This document shows, piece after piece, positions 9,158-18,886 of a stretch of DNA of 64,000 bases. This stretch comes from an uncultured virus (IMG/VR IMGVR_UViG_3300014913_000010) (taxonomy: Duplodnaviria > Heunggongvirae > Uroviricota > Caudoviricetes): IMG/VR virus record IMGVR_UViG_3300014913_000010. One strand, written 5' to 3'. A program made the translations under genes and the position numbers. Numbering within the stretch: position 1 is the stretch's first letter; each line of letters starts with the position of its first letter. Under the pieces are notes generated by a model. The model had not been told where the DNA came from and made no database searches. It saw nothing but the letters and a program-made list of their open reading frames with translations.

Positions 9158-10000
9158 TTATAGTCTAAAGTTCTTTTCCCATTTAGCGAACTGCTCATCC
9201 CTTAGGTAGTAAATGAATTTAAGGGAATCGAATACCTTTATAAATTGCAACCGGTCGAACTTATTCTTCTTGTACTTAAATCCAAAGTCAATGCCCATGT
9301 ACGGCAGTTCCACTAGTTCCATAAATCCTTTTATTGCTTCTTTACTCAATGCAATATTATCGTATGCTTTGGTAGTAGTCTTGAGTTGGCCTTTTATATA
9401 TTTGATTGCCGTTTTCTCTCCTACTTTCCAAACGCCTTTAATGTTATCCGATGAATCACCGGCAATAGCTTTTACTTTTGCCCACTTATTAGGCTTAACT
9501 CCATATTCCTTAATAAAGGATTTGATAGTATATATATTATGGGTTCTGGGATTATATATAGAAACGGATTTTGTTAGTAGTTGATAAAGATCCTTATCAG
9601 TACTAACTATGATAATTGTTTTATTGGTGTACTTCTTTGCATAGTACGCTATTATATCGTCACCCTCGTAGCCTCGTTTTACTTTTGTGTTTTTGAATCC
9701 AAGGCTAGGAAGTATTTCTCTTCGTAGTTGAGTTATCTGTTTATGCATTGCCGCCATTTCAATAGCCTCATCTGTAGTCATATCTTTTCGGCGGTTTGCT
9801 TTGTATTCCTTATCTGCTTCTTTGCGTAGGTTTGTTTTACTATCAAAACAGAAAACCATGTTAGGCCCGAACCGGCCTGCTATTCGATTTACTATATTTA
9901 GAAAACCAAATATAGTACCGGTTCGTTCTTCGCCTTCAGATAGTTCACCTAACGAATAGTAAGCAATATAAGCAAGGTTATTACTATCAATTAAAATCAT
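9158..10000 (-). CDS. 5'-3' exonuclease / RNase H (FEN family)
   Basis: ILIDSNN, YKANR, EGDDII, DKDLYQL, GDSSDNIKGV..VGEKTA. Confidence 0.9.
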   Translation of the reverse strand: MILIDSNNLAYIAYYSLGELSEGEERTGTIFGFLNIVNRIAGRFGPNMVFCFDSKTNLRKEADKEYKANRRKDMTTDEAIEMAAMHKQITQLRREILPSLGFKNTKVKRGYEGDDIIAYYAKKYTNKTIIIVSTDKDLYQLLTKSVSIYNPRTHNIYTIKSFIKEYGVKPNKWAKVKAIAGDSSDNIKGVWKVGEKTAIKYIKGQLKTTTKAYDNIALSKEAIKGFMELVELPYMGIDFGFKYKKNKFDRLQFIKVFDSLKFIYYLRDEQFAKWEKNFRL

Positions 10001-10009
10001 TACTACTCC

Positions 10010-10273
10010 TTATGTCTGACCTGGAGTCATAATAACGCCGGGCGGTGTCTGGATTATGCCGGGCTCTACTCTAGCCGATGACCACGTACCTGCAGCAAAG
10101 GCGTATGTATTATTACCTCTGACCTGTTGCGGTTGTCCTGCCGGGCCGGGTATGGATTGGAGTTTTACTAAGATAAGATCCCCGGTGTTACTAATACCAA
10201 AGTTATCTGCTTCAGGGAAGTTAACTTCATCTTCTGAATCTTTATCATCTACATTGAAAGTTACAGTTACCAT
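10010..10273 (-). CDS. Hypothetical protein
   Basis: GGAGGTAGTA-ATG RBS. Confidence 0.65.
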   Translation of the reverse strand: MVTVTFNVDDKDSEDEVNFPEADNFGISNTGDLILVKLQSIPGPAGQPQQVRGNNTYAFAAGTWSSARVEPGIIQTPPGVIMTPGQT

Positions 10274-10282
10274 TACTACCTC

Positions 10283-11353
10283 CTATAAAAGTGATTTAGG
10301 TTTTCTGGTTGTGCGAAACTTCTTTTGCACATCGTTCCACAGTTCAATAGTTATTTGTCTAAGTTCTTCTTCATGTTCATGTTCTTCAATCCAACTAATG
10401 GCTTGATCCATACGAACATAGTTTTTAGATATGCAGTCGTACTTATTACTACCAGTCATATCTTTTATATATTGAAGGTTACCCCGTATGTCGTCAATAC
10501 CATATCCAAATACTATATAAACAACGGCTTCACGGTGCGGCTCATCAATGGATGATTTAGTAATACTTACTTTACTGATAATTCCTTCTACTCGTTTGAC
10601 TTTTTGGTTCCCGATTTTCTTCTCCTTGTATATTTTACTTTTCGGAAATTGCTTTGCTATCCGCATTCTAAGGGAAGCATAGTAAGGAATGCCTTTGCCA
10701 CCGGGAGTTGATATTCCCATCGGCCCCTCACGTTCCTGATTACTACAAGCGACAAGCCATTTATTGTTTGCTATAATACGGGCAGTTTTGCGTAGTCCTT
10801 CTGAAAACTCTTTTGCCCGGCGCATTCCGTAAGCATCACCACTTGCCATTTCCATTTGAGTAGTCAATGCTGCAAGTGAATCTGCGGCTATAACACTAAT
10901 GGCATTTTTCTTTTTGACTTTTGGTTCCCATGTATAAATGTGGTCAAACATTTCACTTACATAATCCGGTCGGTAGTAGTCCTTACGTTTTAATGATAAC
11001 CCGTATATTTTGGAGTACTCCTGATCTAATCTGGCTTCAGGATCTAGGAAACGTGCTCCACCACCTTTTGCTTGACCACTAGCTGCAAGAGAAGTTAGTA
11101 TAGCAGTTTTACCAGCACCACTCGGCCCGTATACTTCAACTACAATACCACCCGGCACACCGCCCCTTTTAGTCACCTTTCCAGATATAGCAAGGTCAAG
11201 TAATGTACTACCGGTTGAAAGTAGTTGAGTCATTCTGGGTTTGCGTGTAACAGGTGGGGCCGGTTCTGCAGTTAATACCTCATTTACAGCATTGTCAGTG
11301 GAAGTGCTTAGTCTGCGGAGTTTTTTCTTTTTACCTCGTTTCAATTTTTTCAT
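10283..11353 (-). CDS. recA: RecA/UvsX-like recombinase
   Basis: STGSTLLD, EVYGPSGAGKT, DPEARLD, DSLAAL, NQER, TPGG....YYAS.R; probable start MKKLKR at 11353. Confidence 0.9.
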   Translation of the reverse strand: MKKLKRGKKKKLRRLSTSTDNAVNEVLTAEPAPPVTRKPRMTQLLSTGSTLLDLAISGKVTKRGGVPGGIVVEVYGPSGAGKTAILTSLAASGQAKGGGARFLDPEARLDQEYSKIYGLSLKRKDYYRPDYVSEMFDHIYTWEPKVKKKNAISVIAADSLAALTTQMEMASGDAYGMRRAKEFSEGLRKTARIIANNKWLVACSNQEREGPMGISTPGGKGIPYYASLRMRIAKQFPKSKIYKEKKIGNQKVKRVEGIISKVSITKSSIDEPHREAVVYIVFGYGIDDIRGNLQYIKDMTGSNKYDCISKNYVRMDQAISWIEEHEHEEELRQITIELWNDVQKKFRTTRKPKSLL

Positions 11354-11424
11354 AGCGGTCTCCAAAAATGAATGGAGGGTAGTACCCACGAATGAGTACT
11401 ACCCTAGGGAATCAATATCAATTA

Positions 11425-12570
11425 CTATTTTCTTTTTTTACCCTTCTTCCCTTTTTTCTTTTTGGTCGCTTTGGCCTTGGATCGTTTGGCCTTCTTACGT
11501 CGTTGCTGTTCTGCTAAGCATTCTTCCCACTTATCGCAGTCCTCGTCACAAGCCTCGAGTTCATTAGTATCGACTCCAAATTCGCCGCCGCCGGGACAAC
11601 TATTTTCATCGTCGTCGTCATCATCATCATCGTCGTCTTCATCATCGTCGTCGTCATCGTCATCGTCTACTTCTTCATCATCGTCTACTTCTTCTTCTTC
11701 ATCATCATCATCATCGACATCAATCGACTCACCGTAGTACTCCTCATAAACTGTATCGTACTCGGGGATAAGTATAAGTTCATCTAATGGCTCGGCATCT
11801 TCCAGAAGATTGTCGTCAATCTCATAGTCCCGTTCTACAAACCGGTGTCCAATATACTCAGCGAAGTCGTTGCGTGACTTTGGAGGATTGATAGTAAACG
11901 CAATTGACTTACCTTCATCAGGATCAGTGAAAGGAATCAATGCACTAGAAGATTCTCGGCCCGGTCGTCTACTACCCTTTGCCAAGGTGTCCAAATGTTT
12001 CTGAAAGTAGAACTCGGAAACTTCCCACACCTGTACGCCCTTATCTTCTTCCCGACTACTATCAAAACAAACGATATTATAGATAGCACGTTTCTTCGGG
12101 TAAAGTGCTTTCCACACATCTTCATCAGCACCATCTGCCCGGAGTGCTACTCGATGCTCACAAATTGGGCAAGGCTGATTGAAAGTTTCCTGCAGACACA
12201 TGAATGACTTATCCTCATTCGGGCCTACGCCGTAGTGAACCTTTACACGTAAGTTGTACGCCGGTTCGCCTTCTTCTACGGTCGGATGATTACTACCAGC
12301 AATGAAAGGAATAATATCAATCAAATGATCGCCACCATCAGGGGAGTAGAAAGTAATACCGGTATCAGGTTTGAATATCCCCTTGCCCCCGGCTTTACGG
12401 GCTTCCTGATCTTCCTTCAGACGTTTGATAAGTCCTTTTTTCATTTTGGCGCGAACACCGGAAGGCATTTTTTTCTTTTTCGGTGACTTCTTTTTCGGTG
12501 TGCGTTTTACGCCTTTCTTTACTTTTTTCTTGTCAGATTTCTTAACACCTTTCTTTTTCTTTACTGTCAT
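11425..12570 (-). CDS. Single-stranded DNA-binding protein (gp32-like) with a long acidic tract
   Basis: HY...CLQETFNQPCPICE Zn motif, D/E-rich tract, position next to recA; Lys-rich termini. Confidence 0.7.
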   Translation of the reverse strand: MTVKKKKGVKKSDKKKVKKGVKRTPKKKSPKKKKMPSGVRAKMKKGLIKRLKEDQEARKAGGKGIFKPDTGITFYSPDGGDHLIDIIPFIAGSNHPTVEEGEPAYNLRVKVHYGVGPNEDKSFMCLQETFNQPCPICEHRVALRADGADEDVWKALYPKKRAIYNIVCFDSSREEDKGVQVWEVSEFYFQKHLDTLAKGSRRPGRESSSALIPFTDPDEGKSIAFTINPPKSRNDFAEYIGHRFVERDYEIDDNLLEDAEPLDELILIPEYDTVYEEYYGESIDVDDDDDEEEEVDDDEEVDDDDDDDDDEDDDDDDDDDDENSCPGGGEFGVDTNELEACDEDCDKWEECLAEQQRRKKAKRSKAKATKKKKGKKGKKRK

Positions 12571-12700
12571 TGCACTCCCTCCTTTTGTTGTGGGATTCGT
12601 AGTAGCCTTTCATAATGCCCATTGTGATTACTTTTGCGATTAAGTACAATGCAAATAAACCTAATAGGAATAACGAAAGGAATTTAATTACTTCTATCAT
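12542..12700 (-). CDS. Small membrane protein (52 aa)
   Basis: ATG overlaps the upstream stop; one hydrophobic helix (FLSLFLLGLFALYLIA). Confidence 0.45.
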   Translation of the reverse strand: MIEVIKFLSLFLLGLFALYLIAKVITMGIMKGYYESHNKRRECNDSKEKERC

Positions 12701-13218
12701 TTTCTTTTCCTTTGCAGTTTCTTTATCCGTTTAGATTTACTTAGTTGTACTGTCGTGGCTTCATCCTGTTTTTGACTAAATGCCTCCTTTGCTTTGAATG
12801 GGATTTTAGGATCGGAATAGTAACCACTTAAAAATATTCTTACTAAATTTTCAAGTGCATCCTTCTTTTGTCTCATTGCATCTTTAGCACCGGCAAGTAT
12901 ATTCATGCTACGCCGGGCTTTATGCATTCGCTTTTTTGCTTCCCTATACGCCGGTAGTTGTAGTATAGCAGCCTTGAGTGCCTGTTCGGTGTATCTTTCC
13001 AGACCATATTCTTCTGGCTCAGCAGATATGTTGTCGTACAATTGAGCATAAAGTACATCTAATGTTTCTTTACTACGATCATAAAGATAACTTGCCTTAG
13101 CATATTCATCATTCCACTTCATAAATAAAGATGGTTGCCATTTCAACTCCTCATCTAAGTCAAGTGGGTCAATATCAAGATCTTGTTGATAAGTACTTTT
13201 TTTATTTTCTTTTTTCAT
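12697..13218 (-). CDS. UvsY-like recombination mediator (helical)
   Basis: Helical ~170-aa protein next to SSB and recA; probable leaderless start at 13218. Confidence 0.5.
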   Translation of the reverse strand: MKKENKKSTYQQDLDIDPLDLDEELKWQPSLFMKWNDEYAKASYLYDRSKETLDVLYAQLYDNISAEPEEYGLERYTEQALKAAILQLPAYREAKKRMHKARRSMNILAGAKDAMRQKKDALENLVRIFLSGYYSDPKIPFKAKEAFSQKQDEATTVQLSKSKRIKKLQRKRK

Positions 13219-13224
13219 ACCCAT

Positions 13225-13260
13225 ATTATACCACACTTTCTCGGCAAATCGAGAATTAAT
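13225..13260 (-). promoter_or_regulatory. Phage promoter class CGATTTGCC-N-AGTGTGGTATAAT (copy 1)
   Basis: Same motif at 21068, 27517 and 41066. Confidence 0.7.
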
Positions 13261-13262
13261 TT

Positions 13263-14171
13263 TTATTCTGTTAATTCGGTTATTTGATAACAAGTAAGTA
13301 CTAGTCCGGGTTTCTTTGAATACATAAAATTAGTCTCCACAAAAGAAGTCAATATATACGCCGCCCATGCGTCTCCATTTTTAAGTAGTACTGAAGAAAA
13401 GTAACCCATGACTTGATACCGCACAGTCTCCGGTTCATCCGTTATTTCTTTTAGTATAGTGGCAACCGTTTTCCACTTTGCTCTTTTCATTAATGCCCGG
13501 CATAGGTCAATACCGTGTTGTTCAGAAGTCTTTACTTCTTCGATTGCTTCCTCAATTCCATCCTCATCTAAATTGATTATCTTCGAAAGTATTGATAGTC
13601 CAGATCGGGGCGAACCTTCAGCCGCCTTTGCTATAGTACCAATGGTGTCTGGGTCTAGTTCTACTTCCTCAGCATCAGCAACATCAGCAATGAGTGCCCT
13701 CATCATTTTAGTAGTCAACGTAGATACTTGAAATTGAGTGCATCTGGTTAAGATTGTCTTGAGCAACTTCTCTGGTTCGGTAGTACATAAGATAAAGTAC
13801 GTTTGCGGTGGTGGTTCTTCGAGTACTTCCAATACCGCATTTTGAAATTCTTTTGTCGCCATGTGGCATTCATTAAGTATTATCACTCGGGCAACTCCGA
13901 AAGTGTGATACCATACCTTCTCGATGATCGACCGAGCGGCATCAATACCACGGGTGTCTGATATGTTGTACTCCTTTGGTTTCTTGCACCCTAAGTAATT
14001 ACTAATGATCCGTGCAAGGGTTGTCTTTCCGCATCCACTTGGCCCGTGAAGAAGATAAGTACTCGGTCGTCGGTCTTCATTCAATATCGCACTTTTCAAT
14101 GAGTCAAGCATCGAGTCATTGCCGTATACTTCATCAAAATCCTCGGGCCTATACTTTGTTATCAGTGACAT
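13263..14171 (-). CDS. Clamp loader AAA+ subunit (DnaX/RFC-like)
   Basis: KYRPEDFDEVYG, GPSGCGKTT, ILNECH, LEEPP, TILTRC, GSPR. Confidence 0.9.
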   Translation of the reverse strand: MSLITKYRPEDFDEVYGNDSMLDSLKSAILNEDRRPSTYLLHGPSGCGKTTLARIISNYLGCKKPKEYNISDTRGIDAARSIIEKVWYHTFGVARVIILNECHMATKEFQNAVLEVLEEPPPQTYFILCTTEPEKLLKTILTRCTQFQVSTLTTKMMRALIADVADAEEVELDPDTIGTIAKAAEGSPRSGLSILSKIINLDEDGIEEAIEEVKTSEQHGIDLCRALMKRAKWKTVATILKEITDEPETVRYQVMGYFSSVLLKNGDAWAAYILTSFVETNFMYSKKPGLVLTCYQITELTE

Positions 14172-14370
14172 TTACTTCTCCTTTCCCGAAAGTGTCCAGC
14201 CTATATTTATGCATGATTTTGGCTGCTACTTCTAATCGGTTTGAAAACTTTTTAATTTTGCGCCGTGATACTACATCTAAATCGATACGCTTTTCTAATT
14301 GCATTTTAAGATCTACTGCTTGTGTCATACCTACCCCGACTAATAAATCTATTGCTTCTACTACTTTCAT
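14149..14370 (-). CDS. Hypothetical protein
   Basis: AAGGAGG RBS; overlaps both neighbours. Confidence 0.6.
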   Translation of the reverse strand: MKVVEAIDLLVGVGMTQAVDLKMQLEKRIDLDVVSRRKIKKFSNRLEVAAKIMHKYRLDTFGKGEVNVTDNKV

Positions 14371-16982
14371 GCATCCTCCTTATATTTAAATTTTGTGTAC
14401 CATGATTGATCTACATCAGTAATTTCTACTTCACATTCTAACGGCACGATAAGGAAGTCATATTCACTTCTTATTTTTCGTTCCATTATGTACCGCATTT
14501 TTCTGATTACTTCTTTTTCTTCATCCGGGTAAAGGTTCCAAACGATCTCATCATGTATCTGGAAAATCGGTCTACTTCTATACCGCCGTTTGGCGATATC
14601 ATTCAATTTAATGTATGACCACAACAGGCAATGAAACGCCGTTGCTTGAATAGGTGTATTAATAATTTTATTAGGAGTTAGTAGTCCACCGCGCCTATGC
14701 CCAAACATTGTCTCTACATATCCGTGTTGCTGATAAAAAGCAATACCTTCATTTTGCCACTCCCTCACACCGGGGAAAGTATTCCAAAATTCCTGCTCTA
14801 CTTCTTTTACGTGTTGTTCAAAACCTTCATAGTCATACTTATCATCCATTATGCCCTTGTCGGCTAGGTGTTCCCATACCGGCACACCTTCACCGGTTTC
14901 CATATCCATGCATAAGTGATATATATTCCTTGCACAACTAACATAATATGAACCATAGAACTCTGGGAAGACAAATTGATTTTTAGTATAGAAACGAAGT
15001 TCCTTAGTAATGGTATCGTTATTCAATACGAAAATATTCTTAGCCTGATCTCGATGCATATCGGTTGTCTCATCGTGTAAGTACTCCAGCAGATTCTCAT
15101 CTTTAGTATAGCACCCGATAATACGGACTTCCTGACTTCCATAATCACCGAATAGTAGTTTACAACCGTGTTCCGGTTTGAACCCTGACCGAGTTGACTT
15201 CTTTGCTTCTTCCTCACGTGTCGGCACGTTTTGTAAATTAGGACCATTTGAACTACTACGGTATGATCGGGGAATATGTAAGTCAATGAATGCGTGTATA
15301 TGACCACCACTAATTTCTTGAGTGATTTGTTTCATATAAGTATTCTTTAATTTCTTTAACTTCCGAAGACTTACTAATCGCTTGGCAAAGGCATTATTCA
15401 TATTTTCTAATACCTCGGCAGTCATTTGAATATTGCCCTTCTCCGTTTTCTTCTCTAACTTTATCTTGACAATATTTTTAAAAAGAAGTATAAGGTCTTT
15501 TGTTGAATCAAGATTTATTCTTCGTTTGAACTTCTTAAAGAACTGTCTGGCTGGCTTGCTATTCATTAACCTATCTTCTATAGTATCCATTTTCTCACCG
15601 ATGGATATTTCTTCTTCCATGTAGTATATCTCATCAACCGGGAATCCACGAAGTTGTGTGTCTGAAAAAGCAAGTAGTCCTTTATGGGTTAGGGCGTATG
15701 CCTTCTTCAATTCTGAATCGCTGTTGATTGCTTTTTTCTGTAGGAAGTATAGTTTTCGAGTAAGTAAAGCATCGAGCCCACAATACATGAGTAAATCAGG
15801 TAGGGGTACTTCATTTAATCGGTTGATAAATGAACCGGGCCGGGTCTTCATAAAAGGTTTGATTTTACTTTCATATCCTTCAATACCGAAGTAAAGAAAG
15901 GATTGAAATTTGAGTCCAGTAAAGAACTTACGAGCATCGATAATATGGGCGGCATTCATACTGCACCACAACCAACCCATGATCTTTCTTTGCTTGAAGT
16001 AAATACGACTCCACATATCTTCAAACTTTAAGTTATGTGCTACTTTTTTGATCTTTTGATTTCTGAGATATCCGTTGACTTCGTTTACTACCTTTTCATA
16101 TTCGCTGTTGCTCCAATTCTCATAGTCAATAGGAAACGAAAAGGACTTCCCGGCATAAGCAATACTCATGCACCATATTTTATTGATAGGTTGAAACGGT
16201 TTAAGGCCTGATGTTTCGAAGTCAAAGGCAGTTACAATCTTTTTTGTGGTAGAACTTTTTCGCATAATACGGAAGTGCTTTAGTAGTGGTTTTATTTTCG
16301 TTACTAACTTTACTTTGTCGGTGTAGTCTGGGAACTCGGGTCGATCAAAGTTTTCCTCTAACCACTCGACTGCTTGCTCCAGATCCCGATCAATAACTGA
16401 CTCCACATTTTTATCGTAGTAAACATATCCACGTTTTGTCTTCTTCTTTGTGCGTAGTAGAAAGGTTGGGTTATACATAGGTACTATCCATGTATTCCAC
16501 TTCTTATCTGGAATAAGTAGTCCTCTCCATCTACTAATACCCAAGTTGCTGAACCGGTCGGCATAGATAGATTCAACAGCCGCGCCACCTAGGAGCCATA
16601 TCATTCTTGGCTTTAACCGGGCAATCAATTCATTAACATAGTACTCCCGGCAACATTTAATTTGTTTTCGGGTTATATTCTTTCCTTTGCGTACACAATT
16701 AATTGCATTGATTCTCCAGAAGTCAATATCAAGATTGAGTTCATATCGTTGTAGCTTTTCCCTGAGCATTTGCCCGGCTTCGCCAGTAAAAGATATATTA
16801 GTACTATCATCTTCTGTGTCTGGTGACTCACCAATAATAAGTACTCCACTTCGCCCTTCCCCTTGTACTATCATATAAGGATTTTCGCAGTGATCATGAA
16901 GTTTGCATCTTTCACATGGCGACAAGTTTTCCCTACCAGGCTTGCTTCGTTTTACTTCTTTTTTACTAAAAAATCCTTTCAT
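14367..16982 (-). CDS. Family A DNA polymerase with N-terminal uracil-DNA-glycosylase-like domain and 3'-5' exonuclease
   Basis: N-terminal C..C.L...C, IIGESP, FTGEAG; exonuclease DFET, HNLKFE, YCGLDA; polymerase motifs DYGSQEVR, R..TK...F..FYG, IHDE. Confidence 0.9.
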   Translation of the reverse strand: MKGFFSKKEVKRSKPGRENLSPCERCKLHDHCENPYMIVQGEGRSGVLIIGESPDTEDDSTNISFTGEAGQMLREKLQRYELNLDIDFWRINAINCVRKGKNITRKQIKCCREYYVNELIARLKPRMIWLLGGAAVESIYADRFSNLGISRWRGLLIPDKKWNTWIVPMYNPTFLLRTKKKTKRGYVYYDKNVESVIDRDLEQAVEWLEENFDRPEFPDYTDKVKLVTKIKPLLKHFRIMRKSSTTKKIVTAFDFETSGLKPFQPINKIWCMSIAYAGKSFSFPIDYENWSNSEYEKVVNEVNGYLRNQKIKKVAHNLKFEDMWSRIYFKQRKIMGWLWCSMNAAHIIDARKFFTGLKFQSFLYFGIEGYESKIKPFMKTRPGSFINRLNEVPLPDLLMYCGLDALLTRKLYFLQKKAINSDSELKKAYALTHKGLLAFSDTQLRGFPVDEIYYMEEEISIGEKMDTIEDRLMNSKPARQFFKKFKRRINLDSTKDLILLFKNIVKIKLEKKTEKGNIQMTAEVLENMNNAFAKRLVSLRKLKKLKNTYMKQITQEISGGHIHAFIDLHIPRSYRSSSNGPNLQNVPTREEEAKKSTRSGFKPEHGCKLLFGDYGSQEVRIIGCYTKDENLLEYLHDETTDMHRDQAKNIFVLNNDTITKELRFYTKNQFVFPEFYGSYYVSCARNIYHLCMDMETGEGVPVWEHLADKGIMDDKYDYEGFEQHVKEVEQEFWNTFPGVREWQNEGIAFYQQHGYVETMFGHRRGGLLTPNKIINTPIQATAFHCLLWSYIKLNDIAKRRYRSRPIFQIHDEIVWNLYPDEEKEVIRKMRYIMERKIRSEYDFLIVPLECEVEITDVDQSWYTKFKYKEDA

Positions 16983-17409
16983 CTTAACCCCTCACAATTA
17001 TCAGCCTTTGCTACCATATCATCTTTGGCTTTTAGTACTGGGCCGAAGTACTTATCATGCTTGGCACAAATAATGCCCTCATCTGGCTCTACTAACATAT
17101 ACCGGCAGCACTTCTCCTGTTGCCCCATCTTGCAAGTGTTGTGCATCATTTCCTTTGGAATAGATCTACTACTCATATCGGCACCTCCTCAAACCATTCA
17201 GAAAGATCCTTATCTAGTATGAGTCCATCTTCATTTTTTTCACCGTCCATGTAGTAGTACAACTGTCCAAATGAGTCATTAGTAACTCCCATAGTATGCT
17301 CATAAACATCTTCTCCATGTTCGGTAGTGCTGTACGGCGGCACTGGGCTGAACTCCGTACCGGCAGGGATTACTATATCTTTTTTCAATACCATCTTAAT
17401 CAACGGCAT
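16979..17409 (-). CDS. Two small hypothetical proteins (16979-17176 Cys-rich; 17173-17409)
   Basis: ORF track; translational overlaps and RBSs. Confidence 0.6.
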
Positions 17410-18433
17410 AACCTTCCTCCTTCATAAGTGCTACTAGGTGAGTGAAGTTGTCTGTTTTGAACTTTGCCCGATCAACTCCTATTTCCATCGTGTGGGCATC
17501 CCTAATTATATGGGTCAAAAACCCCGGATTGATGTATATAGTCGAACTTTTCTTTACCTTACTACGCAATTTCACGGTTGACGAGGCTTCCCCGGCATTC
17601 GGGTCATTAGTAGTAAAGGTAATCATCTTCTTTTTGGCAGTCATTTTCATCCACGGATATCCATGCTCATCTTCTACTGCCATAGGAGCCACGTACCGCA
17701 CGGCTTCCACGGTTTCCTGTACCGGAAGTTTCAAAGTGTTTACTACTTTAAAATCGAAGTTCTCGGTATGCTCGCCTAACTCCGCATCTACAATACGAGC
17801 GCAAAACTTTCGGGACTTTGTGCTATCGGTGAAGTAGATCCAGTTTCCGAAAACGCAGAAGTGAGTAAGATTGTCATACATTACTAACTCACTCACGGTC
17901 TTTGCTGGTATGAGTATTTCCTGATCAATACCCGACTCCATTTTATATTCACTTATCCTTACATCATCTGTAGCGACTACTACATCGTCGCTAATGCTCA
18001 CACAAGTCATTGCAGGCTCATTCATTTCTTTACTTGCGGAAGGATAGCACATATTCATGGCCTTCATAAAGTCCTCAGGTAGTACTTCCCAGTTCCTTTT
18101 CTTTTTTAACTTCATTGATTTTATGGAGTCAATAAGATCCGGGGCATCCACGGTGTTAACTTTCGCCGTAGTACGTGGGGTCTTCATTACTAGTTTACTA
18201 CCTACTACTTTGATCTCGGCTTCGCCGGTCTTCGGCAATACGGCATAAAACTTTTTTGCTGGCAGGACACACTCAAGGTCTGACTTGTACTTAATGTAAA
18301 CGCAGATTCGATCATTGTAAGATACAATACCGTCTTTAGTAAAGATGACATACTTGTAGAAGTCATCTGTCCGGGCATCTTCCAATGGTCGCAATACTTT
18401 TAGTATCAATGTCGAAAGTTCTCCGCAATCCAT
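17396..18433 (-). CDS. DNA sliding clamp (DnaN/beta-like)
   Basis: 345 aa; VVVATDDVRIS, ILIPAKTVSEL, INPGFL; next to polymerase and clamp loader. Confidence 0.75.
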   Translation of the reverse strand: MDCGELSTLILKVLRPLEDARTDDFYKYVIFTKDGIVSYNDRICVYIKYKSDLECVLPAKKFYAVLPKTGEAEIKVVGSKLVMKTPRTTAKVNTVDAPDLIDSIKSMKLKKKRNWEVLPEDFMKAMNMCYPSASKEMNEPAMTCVSISDDVVVATDDVRISEYKMESGIDQEILIPAKTVSELVMYDNLTHFCVFGNWIYFTDSTKSRKFCARIVDAELGEHTENFDFKVVNTLKLPVQETVEAVRYVAPMAVEDEHGYPWMKMTAKKKMITFTTNDPNAGEASSTVKLRSKVKKSSTIYINPGFLTHIIRDAHTMEIGVDRAKFKTDNFTHLVALMKEEGYAVD

Positions 18434-18435
18434 AA

Positions 18436-18877
18436 CTACCTCCTTAATTTGTCCCTTACTTCCATTATTATTTTACCTAGAAAGTTTTGGCCTTTAATAT
18501 TAATGCATCTTGCACAATAGCAATCTCCCCCAGATGTTGTCGTGCCATGAGTTTCCTTCAATAAGTAATTCATTTCCTGTGTCCATGAGTAGTTTTGCTA
18601 TCCGTGGGTTCTGTTCGAACTTTAAGGAGACGGCTTTATTCATTATGAGAAATCTAACTTTTTTCCAATCACTTCTCATTTTAACTCGTCTACCTCGGGA
18701 CTTAGCAGTGCCTGGATCGGGAGCGTTTACTACCCAATCCCTTTCGTCTTTGTCTTTTGTTTTGAAGGCATGAAACATATGTTCACTAGTAAGATATACC
18801 TTGTCTTTATATTTGACTTCACTATTATAGAAATTACTCAGGAAACTATACTTGCCACTGTCAAAATTATCAATCAT
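18436..18877 (-). pseudogene. NADAR (YbiA) family protein, frameshifted in a G5 run
   Basis: FLSNFY, TSEH.F.A.K, AKSRGR, KFEQNP, LIEGN.W.DNIWG; the conserved C-terminus (GDCYCARC...GQNFLGKIIMEVR) lies in another frame. Confidence 0.8.
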
Positions 18878-18886
18878 GGTGTCATC

